Virus record (IMG/VR): IMGVR_UViG_3300027855_000001
Coordinates: 1 to 51,863 of that record
DNA length: 51,863 nt
From: a virus
Lineage: Duplodnaviria > Caudoviricetes
Strand: one strand, 5' to 3'
Part shown: piece after piece, positions 34,260-42,896 of the stretch
Layout: each line of letters starts with the position of its first letter
Position numbering within the stretch: the stretch's first letter is position 1
Notes under the pieces: model-generated
Database searches by the model: none
What the model saw: only the letters and a program-made list of their open reading frames with translations
Told to the model about the DNA's origin: nothing
Made by a program: the position numbers and the translations under genes

Positions 34260-35393
34260 TCAAAACGCTGTCAGCAGCGGCCCCCAATTAAAACCTCCTA
34301 TAGAAGATGAATACTCAAAGTTAGGAGAGTAGCCCCCACGGATGCGAAGGAAGTCAGGCATTACATCGTTGACGGTTAAGCCTTCATTCCCATCCGCCTT
34401 CCTCGCTTCCATAATCACGTTGTTGGCAAGTCCAATCTCCATGTTCGACTTCTGCACCGAGCCGTGGAGTTGGTAGCCGACATAGCCAGCGAGGCCATGG
34501 ACCCAAGCGGAGATGAACAACGGGTCCATCACATTCGGGTCGGTGACCTGCTTGACATAGGCTAGGGTCGCGAACTCTTGCCCAGTCCAAATCACACGTT
34601 GGTCGGTCTGGGTGGCGGTGAAGGTAACGTTGATCGTGGCCCCAGAGCCCGAGCCGGTGGTCGAGGACTGAGACATGGGCGAGGGTTGGATCGAGAAGTA
34701 TTGCCCTGAGAGTGGTTCGATATTCTCAGGCTGGGATTGAGCGAAGGTGTTGACCATTGCAATGGAGGTGATAGCGCCAAGAGCGCCAATCCCAGTAACC
34801 TGAGCGATCGCCGGTCCACCGATTGGGGGATTGTTCGTGGGGATATTACTTGGTGAGTATTGCCCTGGAGCGAGATAGATCAAGTCCCCTACGGCATAGC
34901 CAAGGCCAGGGGCGTTGAGCGTCATCGTTGCTACAGAGTAGAACTGATCAATGCCTATCTTGAAAGGGGATGGAGGAGAACCCCAATTAGTGGGGGAGCC
35001 CATACCGACGGAGGTGACCGCAGTGGTGATGGGAATACCCCCAGCAAAGCCAGTGTTGAGCCAAGGAACAACCCAGCAAGCACGGAGACAATCACCTGGG
35101 TACGCATATTCGTAGCTCCATGGAGGTGCAGGCTGGCCCTTTACCCAAGTCTGCGTGATCTGAGAAGTGTTCTCCGGCGTACCGGGGGTGGAGGTGATGT
35201 AGTTGAGATTATTGAAATTAAAAGCACAATCCCATGGAGCCATCCGAAGGATTTCATCTCGGAGATTGTAGATGACGAGGTTAATCTGGATCGCCTCGTT
35301 CGATCCATTCGTCGCGAGTTCGTTGGCGGACATGCTTGTGCGCGTGCCCGCCAACTGAAGGGCTCGGTTGCCGATGTCGACGAGGGCGACCAT
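34260..35393 (-). CDS. Tail tubular protein A / adaptor (T7 gp11-like) with insertion
   Basis: VDIGNRAL..G, LR.APWDCA, YEYAYP.DCLR, MDPLF, EARKADGNE. Confidence 0.8.
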   Translation of the reverse strand: MVALVDIGNRALQLAGTRTSMSANELATNGSNEAIQINLVIYNLRDEILRMAPWDCAFNFNNLNYITSTPGTPENTSQITQTWVKGQPAPPWSYEYAYPGDCLRACWVVPWLNTGFAGGIPITTAVTSVGMGSPTNWGSPPSPFKIGIDQFYSVATMTLNAPGLGYAVGDLIYLAPGQYSPSNIPTNNPPIGGPAIAQVTGIGALGAITSIAMVNTFAQSQPENIEPLSGQYFSIQPSPMSQSSTTGSGSGATINVTFTATQTDQRVIWTGQEFATLAYVKQVTDPNVMDPLFISAWVHGLAGYVGYQLHGSVQKSNMEIGLANNVIMEARKADGNEGLTVNDVMPDFLRIRGGYSPNFEYSSSIGGFNWGPLLTAF

Positions 35394-35582
35394 TTACTTC
35401 TGCGTGCCGCAGTTGCCGTGGTTAGTGCCGTGCAGCCCCGGCCCCTGCTCCATCTGGCCCTTGGGCCCCTTCGGCGGATCATAAGGAAGGGGCTTACACT
35501 CCACCTGCCCGCTCCCGGACATGCGGGAGGCTTGGGGCTTGGGAGTGTCGGGGCCGTACTCGGAAAGGATACCTCTAGCCAT
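35394..35582 (-). CDS. Hypothetical protein
   Basis: GGAGG RBS; gene chain. Confidence 0.65.
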   Translation of the reverse strand: MARGILSEYGPDTPKPQASRMSGSGQVECKPLPYDPPKGPKGQMEQGPGLHGTNHGNCGTQK

Positions 35583-35973
35583 TGGCTACCTCCTCGGTGA
35601 CGTTACGGCGTTGAACGGGTTCAGCGGTTGTGGAATATTCATCAGCCTCAGGCTCTTCCTTTGGCTCAGGCTTGAACTCGGTCGCGGGCCGTGCAATAGG
35701 CTTCGGTGGCTCTTGAGGCTTCAATGTCAACGCGGCTGACTTGTTGTCCTTTGCTGCCTGAGCCGCTTGCTTGTTGAGTTCATCCTGCCGCTTAGCTGCA
35801 ACCTGTTTCGCCTCATCGGCGAGGATTTTGTCATGCTCCTTCTTAGCCGCGGCGTTGTGGCTCTCAAGCGCCTTCATCGCTAAGGCTCCGAGGGAGCCAA
35901 GCTTCTGCGGATGCCCTGCGGCTTCCTTCACGATATTGAGTAGTCCATTGATCTCGTCTATGGCTAGGCTCAT
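35575..35973 (-). CDS. Hypothetical protein
   Basis: TGATG overlap; helical. Confidence 0.7.
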   Translation of the reverse strand: MSLAIDEINGLLNIVKEAAGHPQKLGSLGALAMKALESHNAAAKKEHDKILADEAKQVAAKRQDELNKQAAQAAKDNKSAALTLKPQEPPKPIARPATEFKPEPKEEPEADEYSTTAEPVQRRNVTEEVANG

Positions 35974-36209
35974 CAGTCATGTTTCCTTTGCGACCCGCCA
36001 TGGTGAATAGTCCGTCCTTCGTCGTGAGGGGCGGAGAACCCACGACCTTTATGCATCGCCTCGGCACCACCCCGAAGGGTGTGTGGCACGTCGGTGGCCT
36101 TGTTACCAAGAGCGGTGCCGATCTGAGCAACCGCAGCAGGGTTGATGGAGTGTACCACCGGCTCCCGCTTACGGCCGCTGTCGCTGTTATTTCCTGAACC
36201 TTGCCTCAT
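35973..36209 (-). CDS. Hypothetical protein
   Basis: AAGGAG RBS; ATGA overlap. Confidence 0.7.
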   Translation of the reverse strand: MRQGSGNNSDSGRKREPVVHSINPAAVAQIGTALGNKATDVPHTLRGGAEAMHKGRGFSAPHDEGRTIHHGGSQRKHD

Positions 36210-36604
36210 GCTTGCTCCTTTGGTGCTGCTAATTGCCGGGTATGATCCCAGCGGTTCTCTTTGTCCTTTGCCATCTCACGACGGATTTTTTCAAACTCAC
36301 CTCCGTCGGTATGGAGGATGTTTAGAAGCTGGCGCAGGCGATCGTCGCAACGCTCTGCTTCACGCTTTACATATTCTGGCGCCTGATGTCCACGGCTCTC
36401 ATACATATAGGTGATGTCGCTGACGTCGTGCATATAGTCCATGAACCGGCGCATGTACTCAGGGATTTCTTTCTCCGCTTCGCGTTGGAAGTGAACAGCG
36501 CCAGTTAGAAGGACACGAATAGACTTAAGCTCCTGTGCAACACGGAGCAACAGCCCCTTCTCAGTAAGCTCTTCAAGATCGACTTCAGGCTTTTCATTGG
36601 GCAT
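36206..36604 (-). CDS. Hypothetical protein (MPNEKPEV...)
   Basis: Start at 36604 overlaps the tailspike stop; upstream in-frame extension rejected. Confidence 0.7.
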   Translation of the reverse strand: MPNEKPEVDLEELTEKGLLLRVAQELKSIRVLLTGAVHFQREAEKEIPEYMRRFMDYMHDVSDITYMYESRGHQAPEYVKREAERCDDRLRQLLNILHTDGGEFEKIRREMAKDKENRWDHTRQLAAPKEQA

Positions 36605-38600
36605 GGACTTGAGCCTTCGCTGTAAGCTGGAGTGCGGAGCAGGTGCCGGATAGGCCCCAAGCGGTATAGTCCCCTGCGGAGATTTGGGTCGATGATAAGC
36701 CGGTGGTGTTGGAATAGACCCGACCGCTGGCAGCGAGAGTGATCGCGCCGATTTGGATTGGGGAGGCGCAGGTAACGGAGGTTCCACATTCGTAGTAGGT
36801 AATAGTCGGGGCACCTGAACAGGTGTATTGAAGAGTGTCGGTGGCGAGGTTATCGACGGTCGAAGAAACGTTCCAAACGGTGTATCCGGCCTTGGGGGTA
36901 AGGATGGAGTTGATCGGGCCGGTAGAGTAGGCATCAATCATCTCAGTGTAGATTTGAGTATTGTTGCCACGGACGAACTTGTGTATTCCAGTTCCACCAT
37001 CGGTAATGCAGGTACTTGTTGCACCGTGGCAGTTATTCCCGGTGATAGTGTAATTGTCACTACTACCAGAGGCAACGGTAATGCCAGCGCCGTTGGTGCC
37101 GAATGATGAAGACCCTGCAACATTCCCCACGATTTGAAAATCAGTTACGTTAGCTGAGACAGCAATACCGGTGCCACCTCCGCTAAAGACTTGGTTACCT
37201 TCTATAAGCGTCTGCACACCACCAGCGACGACGATGCCATTACCACTTGTGCCCATCCCAGTGATAATGTTACCGTTATTGATAGTCGCATTCCCAGTCC
37301 AACCAGAGGTTAGGTAGATGCCGATGCAACCAGTCTCGATACAACTCTGTACGTGCACGCCACTGACGGTTAAATCCGAACCGGCTTGAGCATAGATGCC
37401 AATGGTTGTGAATTGACCGAGGGTGGTGCCGCCCCAAATCTGGGTACTGATTGGTGCTACGCCTGCAAGGGAGTTGGAGATAGTAATCGGCGCGGTGTAT
37501 GGGCCAGATATATCAGTGTCGAAGACGAAGTTGTTAATCGCGCCGGTGTCAATAGCGACGCCGTAGTAGGTAGTTTGCCCGACAAGTTGCCATTTTAGTG
37601 TTGCACCGTCGGGGATGTCAGTATTGTAGTTAGCAAGGGTCGGCGCGCCAGAGCTACTTGTACCACCAACACGAGCTTGGATATAGTAGCCTTGAGTGGA
37701 GACTACGTTACCAGCGATATAAGGAGTGTTCGCCTGCCATGCTGAGATAGAGGCGAGGCCACTAGGAACACTGACTGGCCAGTTTTGGTCTAGCTCGCTA
37801 CGTTTGATATAAGCCCCGGCGGAGGTGCCGACGATATTAACAAGGGCATTACTATAGGCCCCGCCAGAGCGGATGTGTTCGATTGTAACATCGGGGGCTG
37901 CGATAGAAATCGCGTGGTATCCGCCATTTACGTCTACATCGTGGATGATGCAACGAACGCAGGAGCTACCAATGGTAATTGCATTGTTATTGGCACTCGC
38001 TCCATAACCGGGGCCGAGTAATGCTAAGAATTGAACATCGATACTATCGGCGTTCAAGGTAAATAGATTGACATTAGCCCCACAAGTGGAGATTAGTACC
38101 CCAGCGCCAAAGGCGGGACCGACCAAATGCAGGCCTGTGGTAGTGACCGAGAGGCCACCAGCGGTTTTAATGCAATAGGTACCTAAGGGGAAGTAAACTG
38201 TTCCGCCTGTAGCTGCGGTGATTGCTGCCTGGACAGCGGCGGTGTCATCGGTGGTGCCATTGCCAGTGGCGCCATAAGCACGAACATCAATCCAAGGGCG
38301 GCCGCTTTGGAAATATACATCCCCGCCATTAGTGACATTCCCAGTCCAGGTGAGATTGCCAGCGACGCTATTGTTCCCGCTGCACTGCCAAACGCCAGCG
38401 ATACGAAGGAGGAAGTTGTTGTTGGTGGCGCAAAGGGCGTCCACTTGAGCGGAGGTGAAGACGTTGAATGGTATGGGGGAAGGAACGTTAGGGCCACCAC
38501 TATTGTTCCCGCACATATATTGGTTTGGAAACACGCCTGAGCATTGTGCGCTCGCAGCGGTTGAAAATAACAACGCAAAGGCGAGGACGATCCATCTCAT
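36594..38600 (-). CDS. Tailspike-like right-handed beta-helix (pectate-lyase-like) protein with an N-terminal Sec signal peptide
   Basis: MRWIVLAFALLFSTAASA-Q; DVRAYGATGNGTTDDTAAVQAAI; VYFPLGTY; GN/GI beta-helix repeats. Confidence 0.8.
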   Translation of the reverse strand: MRWIVLAFALLFSTAASAQCSGVFPNQYMCGNNSGGPNVPSPIPFNVFTSAQVDALCATNNNFLLRIAGVWQCSGNNSVAGNLTWTGNVTNGGDVYFQSGRPWIDVRAYGATGNGTTDDTAAVQAAITAATGGTVYFPLGTYCIKTAGGLSVTTTGLHLVGPAFGAGVLISTCGANVNLFTLNADSIDVQFLALLGPGYGASANNNAITIGSSCVRCIIHDVDVNGGYHAISIAAPDVTIEHIRSGGAYSNALVNIVGTSAGAYIKRSELDQNWPVSVPSGLASISAWQANTPYIAGNVVSTQGYYIQARVGGTSSSGAPTLANYNTDIPDGATLKWQLVGQTTYYGVAIDTGAINNFVFDTDISGPYTAPITISNSLAGVAPISTQIWGGTTLGQFTTIGIYAQAGSDLTVSGVHVQSCIETGCIGIYLTSGWTGNATINNGNIITGMGTSGNGIVVAGGVQTLIEGNQVFSGGGTGIAVSANVTDFQIVGNVAGSSSFGTNGAGITVASGSSDNYTITGNNCHGATSTCITDGGTGIHKFVRGNNTQIYTEMIDAYSTGPINSILTPKAGYTVWNVSSTVDNLATDTLQYTCSGAPTITYYECGTSVTCASPIQIGAITLAASGRVYSNTTGLSSTQISAGDYTAWGLSGTCSALQLTAKAQVHAQ

Positions 38601-39052
38601 TGTGCGTTGACCCATCCAGCAAGAAGGTTGCTCGGTTCGAGGATGAACCCACCGAAGTTGCTAGTGATCTGAATTTGCGTTAAGCCCATAATCGTCTCAG
38701 CAAGAGAAATTGGTTTGATGGTAATCGGATGTGCGGCGGCGTTGCCCCCAATGTCAACTATAGTTACTGGTACTTGGACGTTAAGCCCTGGTTGAGTTAC
38801 AGCACGAGCGGTTTTAGCCGAAGGCAATAAGATAGTAACCGCCCCAGCGACAGAGACTTGAACGAAATTGGTACAGAGATCAAGTTGATAAGTCCCAGCA
38901 GTTTGGATCGTGGTACCATTGCCAGTGGTTGGGTCCGCGAAGAAGTTCTGAGCAGGGGTGCGAACCCATCCCACCGATGGACCAAGATAGGTATTGACCC
39001 ACCGACGAACGGTACCACCTGCGTCGAGGTCGGTCTGTGATGGCCCGCCCAT
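38597..39052 (-). CDS. Virion protein with a T4 gp9/gp10-like fibre-attachment domain, no signal peptide
   Basis: VTILLP...VTIVDIGGNAAAHPITI.P...ETIMG...I..NFG...L.P pattern. Confidence 0.55.
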   Translation of the reverse strand: MGGPSQTDLDAGGTVRRWVNTYLGPSVGWVRTPAQNFFADPTTGNGTTIQTAGTYQLDLCTNFVQVSVAGAVTILLPSAKTARAVTQPGLNVQVPVTIVDIGGNAAAHPITIKPISLAETIMGLTQIQITSNFGGFILEPSNLLAGWVNAQ

Positions 39053-39618
39053 TAGGCTGCTCGGCGTTTGCCTTCAGCCGATTGCTTCGCCAATAGGCCA
39101 ATGATCTCGCTGTTCTGTCTCATCATCGCAGTCATTGTGGCAATGAGTTCGCCCATTCCCTCGATCTGCGGGGCCTTGTGGACTTCATCCTTGATCGTGT
39201 TCATCTGGCCCATAAGGGTGTCGATGATCTGGTTGGAGAGAGATGCTCGCTGAGAGTCGTCGTCGGTGCCAGGAGTCGGCTTCCATAAACCGTTTGAGCA
39301 TTCAGCGGTGATGGCCTTGGCCTCATCATCGAGTGGGAGCATTCCAGGGGTGGGCTTGCCTTCAAAGACAACGTCGCGTTGGTTGACGCCTGGGGCGTCG
39401 GTAACGACGATGATGTAGTCCTCGATATCTCGCGAGGGGAAGGACGGGTCCGGCTGGCCGTGCTTGGTGAGGTCGTCGATGGACTTGGGGTCGAGTTGAA
39501 GGGGAACGGAAAAGACCTCCCGCTTGGGCCGCCCGGTTCGACGGTCGATGGAGTTGTATTCCCAAGCGGTGCCGGGGACTTTGAGATAGTGGGCTTCGGT
39601 GAGCTTCCAACGGGCCAT
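39052..39618 (-). CDS. Hypothetical protein
   Basis: AGGAG RBS; 188 aa. Confidence 0.75.
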   Translation of the reverse strand: MARWKLTEAHYLKVPGTAWEYNSIDRRTGRPKREVFSVPLQLDPKSIDDLTKHGQPDPSFPSRDIEDYIIVVTDAPGVNQRDVVFEGKPTPGMLPLDDEAKAITAECSNGLWKPTPGTDDDSQRASLSNQIIDTLMGQMNTIKDEVHKAPQIEGMGELIATMTAMMRQNSEIIGLLAKQSAEGKRRAA

Positions 39619-39633
39619 AGTTCTTTCTCCTGG

Positions 39634-40572
39634 TTAAAAGTTCCACCCATTCGTAGCACTGCGCATATTGGCGAGCATGGCTTGATAGGATGAATTGAGA
39701 TCGGCTGGGTATATCCAATCTTCGCATACGAGTCCGGCTAACAATCCTTGCGTTCCGCCGCTGCGGCCCATGACGTATTCATTTGAGGCAAGCGCCGCAG
39801 TCCCGCTTGTGGAAGTCGATGTGTTTGCGCTGGAGTCGACAGCAAAGAGCGGGGCTGTCGCGCTTATCACGGCTAAAATTGCGTGGAAAGAATTATCGTT
39901 GGCTGTCAGCGAGACCGATGTTGGATTGGCTGTTGAAATCGTATTGGCGCTCGCAGTAAAATTAAACGTATTCGCATTTGATCCATTGCTGGCAATTTTT
40001 TGCAGCGTCGTGGGACTGCCGGTGCGTTCGACGACCGCACCTCTCGTAAATGGTGCCGCCTGGGAAATATTTCCAGCGGTTTTTAGTTGAATAGCAGCGT
40101 TGTTCGTTCCCGCCGCACACGGCAGTCCATTCTGCGCATTGAACGTCAGCGCCGGCATATTGGCGAGGGTCGCCTGGACAACGTGATTGCCGTTGCCAGT
40201 CTGGTCGTAGATCTTGGTGATGCTACATCCACCAACGGTTGTACACCACGTCACTACGTTACTGACTGGCACTAACGTAGGACAATACGCGGTAGTTAAA
40301 TCGGCATAACCGTTTATGCCAACTTTTAATGTACAAGCAAGCAATCCAGTTGTAGTATCTACAAGATCAGCGAGTGAACTTTTTGCTGTGGCATATGCAG
40401 CATTGTAAGCGCGGCCGGCGCTGTAGAATGCAATAGCACCAGAGGTTATATCGCCGAGGCCTTGATAAGAGGGTACAACAGCAACTCCTCCACCAGCCCC
40501 AGTCATTAAAAGCTGAGCCTGAACAGGAGAGGCAAGTGCTAATGCTAAAAGAGCTAGTCTAAAAGACCGCAT
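39634..40572 (-). CDS. Secreted ConA/LamG-like (arabinofuranosidase-B catalytic-like) protein
   Basis: Signal peptide MRSFRLALLALALASPVQA-Q; CSITKIYDQTGNGNH motif; AT-richer than neighbours. Confidence 0.65.
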   Translation of the reverse strand: MRSFRLALLALALASPVQAQLLMTGAGGGVAVVPSYQGLGDITSGAIAFYSAGRAYNAAYATAKSSLADLVDTTTGLLACTLKVGINGYADLTTAYCPTLVPVSNVVTWCTTVGGCSITKIYDQTGNGNHVVQATLANMPALTFNAQNGLPCAAGTNNAAIQLKTAGNISQAAPFTRGAVVERTGSPTTLQKIASNGSNANTFNFTASANTISTANPTSVSLTANDNSFHAILAVISATAPLFAVDSSANTSTSTSGTAALASNEYVMGRSGGTQGLLAGLVCEDWIYPADLNSSYQAMLANMRSATNGWNF

Positions 40573-40972
40573 AGCTCACGCTTCCAGGGATAGCGATGGC
40601 TTGAGAGTTGACAACGCAAAGGGCGGTGTTTTTGGGAAGGACCCAAATCACACCTGATCCGTTCCCACCGAAGAAGCCGACCTGAGCGGTTAGTTGGAGA
40701 TTGCCAGAGACGTTCCCTTGACCGGTGCCGCAGTTGGTGCCAGTACCGTAGACGAACTGGACGTTGGTTGTGCCGGCGGCGATGACGAAGGCTGAGGTAA
40801 CGACGATGGCTTGGTTGGACTGAGTAGGCGCCGCAACTAACTGCTGCGTAGTTTGTGTTGAGACCGTGATTGGTACTGAGGCCTGCGTCAGCGGGAAGAC
40901 TGGCTGAGCTAACGCCGGGGCAATGCCCAACGCCAGCAGGAGAGGGAGTGACTTGAGCATGTTAGTTCCCAT
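40559..40972 (-). CDS. Secreted beta-rich protein
   Basis: Signal peptide (MGTN)MLKSLPLLLALGIAPALA-Q; one Cys pair; Thr-rich. Confidence 0.75.
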   Translation of the reverse strand: MGTNMLKSLPLLLALGIAPALAQPVFPLTQASVPITVSTQTTQQLVAAPTQSNQAIVVTSAFVIAAGTTNVQFVYGTGTNCGTGQGNVSGNLQLTAQVGFFGGNGSGVIWVLPKNTALCVVNSQAIAIPGSVSYAVF

Positions 40973-40986
40973 TGTTAATCTCCCAA

Positions 40987-42066
40987 CTAATTGGCCAAAC
41001 CGCGTGCGCCTGCTCCCGCGTGAGCCAGTGATGGTAAAGCCCAAGGTCCGCGAAGCTGCTGGCGCATGCGAGCAAAACTCCAATCGCGAGCGAGGTTACC
41101 CGCAACCACCATTCCAAGGAATGCCAAGGGCGGGCAATGGAGGGGGAAGGAGAAGAGGCAGCAGGCGAGGAAGGCCATGTAAGTTGGCCATTCTCTTCGT
41201 CCTGCGTTAAGCCCTGGGATGAGTAGAAGCGCAATGGCGGGGAGAGCTCCAACTCCGTATTGGTAAGCGAGGTCAAGGAACTCATTATGTGCGTATCCTG
41301 GTGAATAGAGCTGATCGCGGAAGCGGATGATGACGGCCTCGACGGAACCGGCGCCGTGGCCCCAGAAGTCGAGGAAGTGGTAGAGGACCCGCCATATCAT
41401 CCAGCGGAAATCGTTAGCTTCATCGTGAGTGACCGCCGAGGAGAAGGAGCAGGTGGTCCAGATGGGGGCGAGGGACCAGAGTGTACCGCGTTGGGGACGG
41501 CAGTAGGTGAGGACGAGGCCAACTGCAAGGGCGAGGAAGGCGCCGCGGGATTGCGAGAGTAACAGGCCGGGAACAAGCAACCCAGCCAACCACCACAGAC
41601 GGTGGGAAAGGCACAGGAGCATTGTGATCGCACAGCCTTCTCCGAGAATGATGGGGTTGAACATAAGGCCTGAGGGGCGGCAGGGGATATACTCAACGAT
41701 CCAGTCTAGGCCAAATGCTTGAGGAACACAAAGAAGGCTAGATACGCCAAAGCCCAAAGCGAGAGCGATGCTAACACCCACCAAATTGGTCTGCTGAGTT
41801 CCTGCATAGAAGGCTCCGGCCAGGATCGCGTATTGCCAAAGGGTGGAGAGGGCAGTGTCAGGGTTGTCGACCCACGCAAGCGAAGTGCCTGCGTAGGTGA
41901 GGAAGGCTATCGCCAAGAGAGGGATGAGAGGAGAAGCCAACGTAGCCCCTCCCCTCCAGGTGACGATCGGCAACCCAGCTGACATGACTGCCCATCCAGT
42001 CGCCAACGCGGCCCCGGTGACACCGGGGATATACGCGATGGGAATGAGGAAGGACAGCCAAGGCAT
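40987..42066 (-). CDS. O-antigen ligase / O-oligosaccharyltransferase-like (Wzy_C) integral membrane protein
   Basis: Many TM helices; R.SGLMFNP..LG, SQSRGAFLAL, R..IW, WGHGAGS, YAHNEFLDLAYQYGVG, FSFPL. Confidence 0.82.
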   Translation of the reverse strand: MPWLSFLIPIAYIPGVTGAALATGWAVMSAGLPIVTWRGGATLASPLIPLLAIAFLTYAGTSLAWVDNPDTALSTLWQYAILAGAFYAGTQQTNLVGVSIALALGFGVSSLLCVPQAFGLDWIVEYIPCRPSGLMFNPIILGEGCAITMLLCLSHRLWWLAGLLVPGLLLSQSRGAFLALAVGLVLTYCRPQRGTLWSLAPIWTTCSFSSAVTHDEANDFRWMIWRVLYHFLDFWGHGAGSVEAVIIRFRDQLYSPGYAHNEFLDLAYQYGVGALPAIALLLIPGLNAGRREWPTYMAFLACCLFSFPLHCPPLAFLGMVVAGNLARDWSFARMRQQLRGPWALPSLAHAGAGARGLAN

Positions 42067-42896
42067 TAGCGCATCCTACGGCAGCGAAGGGACCCGTAGG
42101 TCCAGAGTTGGGAAGTGGCAAAGGTTGCGCCGGAGACTAGGAAGATGGTAGTGGTCGAGGCAAGGGACTCACGGACTTGACCCATGCGAAGATCATCACC
42201 AGCGACACTGATTGCAGAGGCCGGGACGATGGTGGTGGTACCATCAGTGCCTTGAGTGCCAAGGACACCGTCAGTGCCAACGATCGAGGCGGAGAGTTGC
42301 GTAGCGGTGGTAGTAGGCGAGAGGGCCTGCGACATCACTGCGTTGCAGTCCCAGTCACCAGCGGTCAGGGATACGCTACCAAGAGTAGTGCTGGAGTTAG
42401 TGGTGGCCTGCCGAGCGTTGGTTTTGGTAACCACCACCGTCTGCATTTCACCAACGTTGCCAGTTGAGGCGTTATCGTTAGTGGTAGTGCCGGCGTTCTG
42501 CCCCGCTGCGACGACGGAGTAAGTCCAGTTCGTTCCTGAGATGGGGAAGATTGAGAACTTACCATAGGTGCCGCAGAAGGTGATGGAGTTTGAGGACCCG
42601 TTAATGGTATCGCCAGATTGAGGGGCGATGACCAAGCAAGAGTTGGCACCACCGATGTTGCCTTGGGCATCGATGATATCAAGGTTGCCGGTGAGGTTGG
42701 TGCCACCGGCGTAGGGGAGGGTCCAGGTTCGATTGGTGGTAAGGGCCACGGACGGGACAATGGTCTTGTCCGAGTTGAGCATTTGGTAGGCGACGTTGCC
42801 GACGTAGGTGATTGGCGTGACGGTGGCCTTTGCATAGTGGACGGCAAAGGCCAGAGCGCTTCCAGCCAGCGCACAGGCGAGGAAGAACTTCTTCAT
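42066..42896 (-). CDS. Secreted Thr-rich protein with a gp9/gp10-like domain
   Basis: Signal peptide MKKFFLACALAGSALAFAVHYAKA; TWTLP...IIDAQGN...IAPQSGDTING; SLTAGDWD. Confidence 0.75.
   Translation of the reverse strand: MKKFFLACALAGSALAFAVHYAKATVTPITYVGNVAYQMLNSDKTIVPSVALTTNRTWTLPYAGGTNLTGNLDIIDAQGNIGGANSCLVIAPQSGDTINGSSNSITFCGTYGKFSIFPISGTNWTYSVVAAGQNAGTTTNDNASTGNVGEMQTVVVTKTNARQATTNSSTTLGSVSLTAGDWDCNAVMSQALSPTTTATQLSASIVGTDGVLGTQGTDGTTTIVPASAISVAGDDLRMGQVRESLASTTTIFLVSGATFATSQLWTYGSLRCRRMR

Noticed and set aside
36605-36937. Pro-rich N-terminal extension of ORF 36206..36937
   Set aside because: It is an alternate-frame read of the tailspike 3' end; ATG 36604 is the plausible start
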